This document shows, piece by piece, positions 58,617 through 64,000 of a DNA stretch of 64,000 nucleotides. The stretch's first letter is position 1. Each line of letters begins with the position of its first letter. The DNA lies in assembly GCA_002839375.1 (NCBI GenBank), contig PGXY01000002.1, positions 106,764-170,763 on the forward strand, written 5' to 3'. The notes under the pieces were generated by a model. The model had not been told where the DNA came from, searched no databases, and was given only the letters and a program-made list of their open reading frames with translations. The stretch comes from Spirochaetae bacterium HGW-Spirochaetae-1. Its GTDB lineage: Bacteria; Spirochaetota; UBA4802; UBA5550. A program made the translations under genes and the position numbers.

Positions 58617-58645
58617 TTGCAGAAAACCGCCTTCTATCCTATACT
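58617..58645 (+). promoter_or_regulatory. Sigma70-type promoter for the phosphorylase gene
   Basis: TTGCAG (58617-58622), 17 bp, TATACT (58640-58645). Confidence 0.5.
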
Positions 58646-58707
58646 TACTTTTAGAAGAGAATATAATAAATCGGATTCTGAACGTTAACTGACGTGTAGA
58701 TTATGGT

Positions 58708-60585
58708 ATGGATTATTTTTATCAGGAGAAACAGATGAAAAGGAAGGATGCGCGTCCTTCAAATTTTCATAGTCTGGAGCCCGATTTCAGGCGTCCCCTG
58801 TATCGGCTTCGTGAAGATATTCGCAGCAGAATCTTTTCAATGCTGGTTCAACTCTATGGTGAAACCAAAGCCCGCAGGTATATAAAAGAACTGGAGCGAG
58901 TGATATCGGTCTATCATGCCCACAAGACCGATGAGATGATGGAATGGGAGAGCCATTTCAGACCCGAAGACCGGTTTACAAACGAGGATGCTATCCTGAT
59001 AACCTACGGCAACCTGGTGGTGGACAAACATAAAAAACCACTGAAGACCCTGGACGAGATGTCCCATAAATACCTGAGGGGTGTTTTCAATACTATTCAT
59101 ATCCTGCCCTTTTTCCCGTCTTCGTCGGACCGCGGTTTTGCCATCAGCGACTACCGCCAGGTGGACCCGGATCTGGGTACCTGGGAGGATATCATAGACT
59201 TGAAGAATGATTTTCGCCTCATGTTTGACGGTGTTATCAACCACGTATCTTCCAAGAGCTTCTGGTTCCAGGAATTTCTCAATGGCAACCCGGCCTACCA
59301 GGGATACTTCACTCATTTTCCCGAGCGAAGAAATGTTCCACGGAAAAAGCTGAACAAACTCATGAGGCCCCGTACCAGTGAAGTCCTGACACCATTCCAT
59401 TCGTATAACGGCAGGCGCCTCGTGTGGACAACCTTCAGTCCTGATCAGATCGACCTGAAGTTTCAGAACCCCATGGTGCTCATCAAGATAATAGAAATTC
59501 TCCTGTTTTATATTCGCAGGGGGGCTGATATTATCCGCCTCGACGCCGTCACCTATCTTTGGGACGAATTGGGCACCACGGGCGCAAACCTTTCCCAGAC
59601 CCACACTATCATAAAACTGTTCAGGCTTATCCTCGATGCCGTGGTTCCTCATGTGGCCATTGTCACCGAGACCAATGTGCCTCACAGCGATAACATCACC
59701 TACTTTGGAAGCGGTTATGACGAGGCACAACTGGTGTATAATTTCGCCCTGCCGCCGCTTATCCTTCACACGTTTCATAACAGCACGGCCGCGAAGCTGA
59801 CACAATGGGCTCGTGAATTAAAGAATCCCTCGCTGTATGCCACTTATCTCAATTTTCTCGACAGTCATGACGGGATAGGAGTACTGGGTGCCCGGGAGTT
59901 TCTCACCGATGAGGATATAGAACTCATGGCGGAGCGTGTAACACAGCGCGGGGGGCTGATATCCTATCGGACCGATAAAGATGGAAAAGAATCTATCTAC
60001 GAGCTGAATATCACCTTTTATAGCGCCCTGAACTGTGAGGAGTCCGGAGAGGAAGTGGATTTCCAGGTGAATCGTTATATTGCCGCCCGTTCCATTCCGT
60101 TGGTGATAATCGGTGTTCCGGGGGTGTATCTGCACGGTCTTCTGGGTTCAAAAAACGATATTGAAGCGGTTAAGCATGAAAAGGACAAACGCAGCATCAA
60201 CCGCGATGTTCTCAGCAGAAAAGAACTGGAAAAGGCCATGGAAGATTTTTCAACCACAACGGCCCGGGTAGCCCATCGCCTGTCATTTCTCATACAGAAA
60301 AGGACCAGGGAAAAGGCCTTTCATCCCCAAGGGGGTCAGAGCATACTTACAGTTTCCGATGCAGTTTTTGCCGTCCTCAGAACATCTCCGGACGGCAATG
60401 AAAATATACTGGCAATCACCAGTGTTATACCGGAAAAACAGCAGGTGAAGATTTCCCTGGCTGAATTCATACGTCATCGGAAGTGGGTTGACATCCTCAC
60501 CGGTGACGAATATTTCGTTGCTAATAGTGTATTTACATTGAATCTGGAACCATATGAAGTACTCTGGCTTAAAATGCAGGTTTAA
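58708..60585 (+). CDS. GH13_18 sugar phosphorylase, probably glucosylglycerate phosphorylase
   Basis: HILPFFP, DRGFA, WTTFSPDQIDL, RLDAV, TETNV, DSHDGIG and YELN. Confidence 0.85.
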   Translation: MDYFYQEKQMKRKDARPSNFHSLEPDFRRPLYRLREDIRSRIFSMLVQLYGETKARRYIKELERVISVYHAHKTDEMMEWESHFRPEDRFTNEDAILITYGNLVVDKHKKPLKTLDEMSHKYLRGVFNTIHILPFFPSSSDRGFAISDYRQVDPDLGTWEDIIDLKNDFRLMFDGVINHVSSKSFWFQEFLNGNPAYQGYFTHFPERRNVPRKKLNKLMRPRTSEVLTPFHSYNGRRLVWTTFSPDQIDLKFQNPMVLIKIIEILLFYIRRGADIIRLDAVTYLWDELGTTGANLSQTHTIIKLFRLILDAVVPHVAIVTETNVPHSDNITYFGSGYDEAQLVYNFALPPLILHTFHNSTAAKLTQWARELKNPSLYATYLNFLDSHDGIGVLGAREFLTDEDIELMAERVTQRGGLISYRTDKDGKESIYELNITFYSALNCEESGEEVDFQVNRYIAARSIPLVIIGVPGVYLHGLLGSKNDIEAVKHEKDKRSINRDVLSRKELEKAMEDFSTTTARVAHRLSFLIQKRTREKAFHPQGGQSILTVSDAVFAVLRTSPDGNENILAITSVIPEKQQVKISLAEFIRHRKWVDILTGDEYFVANSVFTLNLEPYEVLWLKMQV

Positions 60586-60696
60586 ATCAGATTTATTATG
60601 CTGGCTCTGACCCCTTGGATCGTTTGGAACTCTGACGGAGGCTCTGACCCCTTGAATTGACGGGAATCCTGTTCTGTAATTATTATAAAGGAGATT

Positions 60697-61656
60697 ATGA
60701 TGATTAGTATTGTGCTTCTTCTCATTGGTTTCGTAATTCTTGTCTACGGGGCTTCCATGATGGTCGATGGCGCTTCTTCACTGGCAAAACGGCTGGATAT
60801 ACCGGTTATCGTTATAGGTCTCACTATTGTGGCATTCGGCACCTCGGCACCGGAGTTGTTTGTCAATGTTTTCGCATCCATGCAGGGCAGAACGGAAATT
60901 ACACTGGGCAATGTCATCGGCAGTAATTTGTTCAATGTTCTCGTTATCGTGGGTATATCCTCTATTATTACGCCCCTGGCTGTGAAAAGAAATACGACAT
61001 GGATTGAGATACCGCTCAGCCTTGCAGCTGCCTTGCTCGTATGGATATGTGTCAATGATGCTGTCCTGGATAATCGTAATTTTTCCGAGATTTCCAGAAT
61101 AGATGGCATTGTCTTTCTTTTCTTTTTCACCATTTTTATGGTCTATAATTATTATTTATCTAAAAAGGGTGATGAGCAGAGTGACTTTGAAATAGGCGAA
61201 TATACATTGCTCCGATCCATTGTGATGATAATTGCAGGATTTGCCGGTCTAGCCGGGGGTGGTCATCTTATTGTGGAATCATCCGTAGAGCTGGCAAGGC
61301 TGGCAGGATTAACTGAACGTGTCATCGGTCTTACTATCGTTTCAGTCGGAACATCGCTCCCGGAACTGGCCACCTCGGTGGTGGCCGCCCGCAAGGGAAA
61401 CGTAGATCTTGCCATTGGTAATGTGGTAGGATCAAATATATTTAATATTTTCTTTATTCTCGGCATATCTGCGGTTATTCATCCCGTACCCCTAAACAGC
61501 GGGGCGAGCGGTGATATCCTGATTAATATCCTGGCCGGGATTTTTCTATTTCTTTTCATTTTTACCGGAAAGGGACGGCACATTGAGCGCTTCGAAGGGA
61601 TATTCTTGCTTTGTATCTATGTCTCTTATATGGGATACGTACTTTATGCTATGTGA
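60697..61656 (+). CDS. yrbG: Calcium/sodium antiporter (CaCA, YrbG-like)
   Basis: Alpha repeats GLTIVAFGTSAPE...GNVIGSN and GLTIVSVGTSLPE...GNVVGSN. Confidence 0.92.
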   Translation: MMISIVLLLIGFVILVYGASMMVDGASSLAKRLDIPVIVIGLTIVAFGTSAPELFVNVFASMQGRTEITLGNVIGSNLFNVLVIVGISSIITPLAVKRNTTWIEIPLSLAAALLVWICVNDAVLDNRNFSEISRIDGIVFLFFFTIFMVYNYYLSKKGDEQSDFEIGEYTLLRSIVMIIAGFAGLAGGGHLIVESSVELARLAGLTERVIGLTIVSVGTSLPELATSVVAARKGNVDLAIGNVVGSNIFNIFFILGISAVIHPVPLNSGASGDILINILAGIFLFLFIFTGKGRHIERFEGIFLLCIYVSYMGYVLYAM

Positions 61657-61754
61657 TTTCCCAGGGGTCAGAGCCTTGATAGGCTCCAGGACGTGATTCT
61701 AAGTAACAAGGGGCTCTGTCCCTTCTCTCGTGATTTTTTAAAGGATCCCCGTCC

Positions 61755-62639
61755 TTAATGGGAGGACGTCATGGATGCATGGACCACGATAATGATATCG
61801 GCAGTTCCACGGTATTGTTCTTCAAGCATATCAAGAGAGCCCTGTGTGACGGTATTTATCGTGGTGATACTCAAATCACCATGATTTTTTTTCAGATACC
61901 AGATGATTCCTTCATTGTAATTGGAGTGATATGACCCGTTAAAATGGATAAAGGTCTGACCCTTCCGTAGATTTTTCCCTATGAACCAGGCCATGGTAGC
62001 ATCCTTCAGCGCCTGGGCTTCGGCCAGATATCCTTTCGTGTGCACAGCAATATGGGTGGGGTCAGAGCCTCCCAGTTTTTCCGTAATTTCCCTATATGAT
62101 TTAAGATTACTATCGAAAGGGATAGGCAGGGGCGCTATGTACTGTCTGGCCTGAACCGGGAGTTCCTGCAGGGCCTCGAAGCCATTTTTGAATACCATGG
62201 ATGCATAGCGGCGCGGAACGTTGGTGGCAATGAAGGGATATTTATTGTCCCGGGCGAATTGCAGGAGAGGCCTGTAATCTGTCTTATAATTAGGCCATAA
62301 TCGAGCTTCCTCTTCGAATCTGGAGTCGGTGATAAGTCCTGCCAGATATTCGTCAATGCTGAGCTGGTTGTCGCTTTCCATCATTTCAGCGCCAAGAATC
62401 ATCTTATGGCCTGCAATATATAGATCTTTAATAAGCTCCAGTTCCAGCCAATGCGCAATAGGATTGTTGTGCAGTTCACCGAAGAATACTATATCGGCAT
62501 TCTGTGCGCGGACCAGCAAATCGGTATAAAGGGCTCTGTCCCCGTTTCCTGAAAAAAGGCGATATGCCGGTTTATCTTGGGGAAGTAGAGGGGTCAGAGC
62601 CGTTACGCATAGCAGTGTTATTAATACTGTTTTCTTCAT
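61755..62639 (-). CDS. chaN: ChaN family (haem-uptake/Tiki-like) exported protein
   Basis: DIVFFGELHN, LGAEMME, WPNYKTDYRPL, ATNVPRR, AQALKDATMA and HFNGSYHS. Confidence 0.82.
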   Translation of the reverse strand: MKKTVLITLLCVTALTPLLPQDKPAYRLFSGNGDRALYTDLLVRAQNADIVFFGELHNNPIAHWLELELIKDLYIAGHKMILGAEMMESDNQLSIDEYLAGLITDSRFEEEARLWPNYKTDYRPLLQFARDNKYPFIATNVPRRYASMVFKNGFEALQELPVQARQYIAPLPIPFDSNLKSYREITEKLGGSDPTHIAVHTKGYLAEAQALKDATMAWFIGKNLRKGQTFIHFNGSYHSNYNEGIIWYLKKNHGDLSITTINTVTQGSLDMLEEQYRGTADIIIVVHASMTSSH

Positions 62640-62762
62640 ATCATCAACCTGGCATTCATTAACCTTTATCCGGGAAATTCAAGTATAGTAATTACTATGG
62701 ATAACTGATGAATATATCAGTTACAAAATAAAGAAGAGAGACAGTTGCGGTGATAATAGATG

Positions 62763-63962
62763 TTATTTGACGTCGGGTTCATTCTCCGGCGGTTCATGCC
62801 CGGTAATGGCCTCAAATATCCTCGTAGCAACAGGAGGACATCCTTTAACAAAGGTATATTTATCCGAATGCAATCGTGCACAGTTGCCTATAAGGACAGT
62901 CCCTTCACGGATATCTTTTTCAGTCACCCCCTTGCCAATTGCCAGTGCAAGGGTTTTATCATCGGGAATATATTGCTCCATATCCTTTTTGAATCTCTTC
63001 AGGAAAAGCATGACTGTGGACAGGCAGGCGCTGCATGAATCGATATCAACAAGCTCCACGTCGGGATATTCAATTGATATATCCTTCGGCGGGTCGCGGT
63101 ATTCAGTGATATATTCCTGGTAATTTTCCGGTATAACATGATAACCCCCTGCCTCAGGGGACAGACCCAGACGTTCAGCAATCAGACGCAGGTGCGGGAT
63201 ATCGCCAGGTTTTTTTCCCATGAGGGTGGCGCCGATGATATCTGCACCCAGGGGATGGGCAGACGCCAGGGCGAAATTTGAGTGTACCGGATCGCCTCCC
63301 GAAGGCCCTAGGCCATCCATGCCAATGTATCCGTCAATAACCGTAATGTCGGGCAGCAGTATTGTGGCCATGTCTGATATAGCCAGATCCAGGGTTTTTT
63401 CCTGATGCTCTGACCCCGGACGCCATTCAAGTTGATGATACCGGATCTTTTCCCGGCGGTACAGACAGCCCTTCATATTTTTTATTCCCAGGGTGACGCC
63501 GGTGTGCATGTGACATTTTGCTACGGGCAGTGAAAGGAGGATATCAAACTTGTAGATTGTACTGCATATTTTGGTGTTGTCCAGAACCAGTCCATGAGGA
63601 ATCTCTTTCGTGATAAAATCACGTGCATCCATATCGATAAGTTCACAGTCATACTTCTCTGCTACATCTGAAATGCCTGAAAGAGAAAAAGCCTTCGTCA
63701 CATCGACGCCTACAATGGGGCTTTCACCAATGGCGATTTTTCCGGCACCACCGAGTCTGAGGGCCTCGATAACGCCAGCAACGGCATCGGGATGTGTGTT
63801 GATTCCCTTGCCTGGACCCACCATGCGGCCTATGTTTGGTTTGATGAGAACTGATTTACCCCGAAATATGGAAGTATCAATTTTCATCATTGCCTGCCGG
63901 GCGTTCTCCAAAGGGCCATGGCCTGCGATAACAAATACATCTTTATCAGTAAATGCTTTCAT
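62763..63962 (-). CDS. DUF362 domain protein with Cys-rich (probable Fe-S) C-terminus
   Basis: VLIKPN, THPD, IAIGES, KCHMHTGVTLGIKNMKG, GPSGG; CSAC, GNC and KGCPP. Confidence 0.85.
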   Translation of the reverse strand: MKAFTDKDVFVIAGHGPLENARQAMMKIDTSIFRGKSVLIKPNIGRMVGPGKGINTHPDAVAGVIEALRLGGAGKIAIGESPIVGVDVTKAFSLSGISDVAEKYDCELIDMDARDFITKEIPHGLVLDNTKICSTIYKFDILLSLPVAKCHMHTGVTLGIKNMKGCLYRREKIRYHQLEWRPGSEHQEKTLDLAISDMATILLPDITVIDGYIGMDGLGPSGGDPVHSNFALASAHPLGADIIGATLMGKKPGDIPHLRLIAERLGLSPEAGGYHVIPENYQEYITEYRDPPKDISIEYPDVELVDIDSCSACLSTVMLFLKRFKKDMEQYIPDDKTLALAIGKGVTEKDIREGTVLIGNCARLHSDKYTFVKGCPPVATRIFEAITGHEPPENEPDVK

Positions 63963-64000
63963 GAGATCAGTTATGATACTAAGTTCTTTGCTGTCAAGAT

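Larger units (their letters stand above)
53671..63417. repeat. Cluster 3 of the dispersed motif GGG(T/A)CAGAGC
   Basis: Copies at 53671(+), 57247(-), 57539(+), 58385(-), 60332(+), 60603(-), 60640(-), 61664(+), 61710(-), 62058(+), 62531(-), 62590(+), 63407(-). Near variants at 61953 and 63157. Confidence 0.9.

Noticed and set aside
58837-59805. 322-aa antisense ORF within the phosphorylase gene
   Set aside because: Shadow frame of a conserved enzyme gene. The same reasoning applies to 2418-3116, 23350-24075, 33890-34690, 40747-41493 and the other fully overlapping track ORFs.
60603-60654. Possible mini CRISPR array
   Set aside because: Only two 15-bp repeats with a 22-bp spacer, below CRISPR dimensions, and no cas genes in the window.
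12211-63417. Motif as KOPS or Chi site
   Set aside because: Orientation is balanced (11 +, 12 -) and alternating, whereas KOPS and Chi are strongly strand-polarised within a replichore.
14654-63417. Motif as a by-product of a conserved peptide or codon bias
   Set aside because: It occurs in five different reading frames of unrelated proteins and in six intergenic positions.
1-64000. tRNA, rRNA, tmRNA or transposase genes
   Set aside because: None recognised; nearly all sequence is accounted for by protein-coding genes and short intergenic regions. tRNAscan-SE and Infernal runs would be needed to exclude small ncRNAs.

Overview
Ordinary-looking chromosomal window (about 50% GC by eye) with about 46 protein-coding genes. 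I found no rRNA, tRNA, CRISPR array, transposase or integrase. The gene repertoire (two membrane-anchored SpoIIE/PP2C phosphatases, spirochaete-style lipoproteins, FN3 lipoprotein, DUF2804, MCPs, beta-barrel OMPs) suggests a free-living Spirochaetota; this is inference, not a phylogenetic placement. The strongest unexplained signal is a dispersed 10-bp motif, GGG(T/A)CAGAGC, often extended to GGGGTCAGAGCCC. I count 23 copies by eye against about 0.24 expected. They are patchy (12-25 kb and 53-63 kb, none between 25.6 and 53.6 kb) and sit mostly inside intact genes, in every reading frame that avoids a stop. Their orientation alternates at 21 of 22 neighbouring pairs. Other candidates for undescribed systems are a coupled operon of three exported proteins (VanW, AMMECR1 lipoprotein, thioester alpha-2-macroglobulin), an ECF sigma/anti-sigma/outer-membrane protein trio sharing a CsgG/TolB_N-like fold, a CdaA-YbbR fusion, a TetR-controlled unit with visible operators, and a radical SAM gene at the left edge that the ORF track missed. 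All family calls come from motif recognition; no database search was run.
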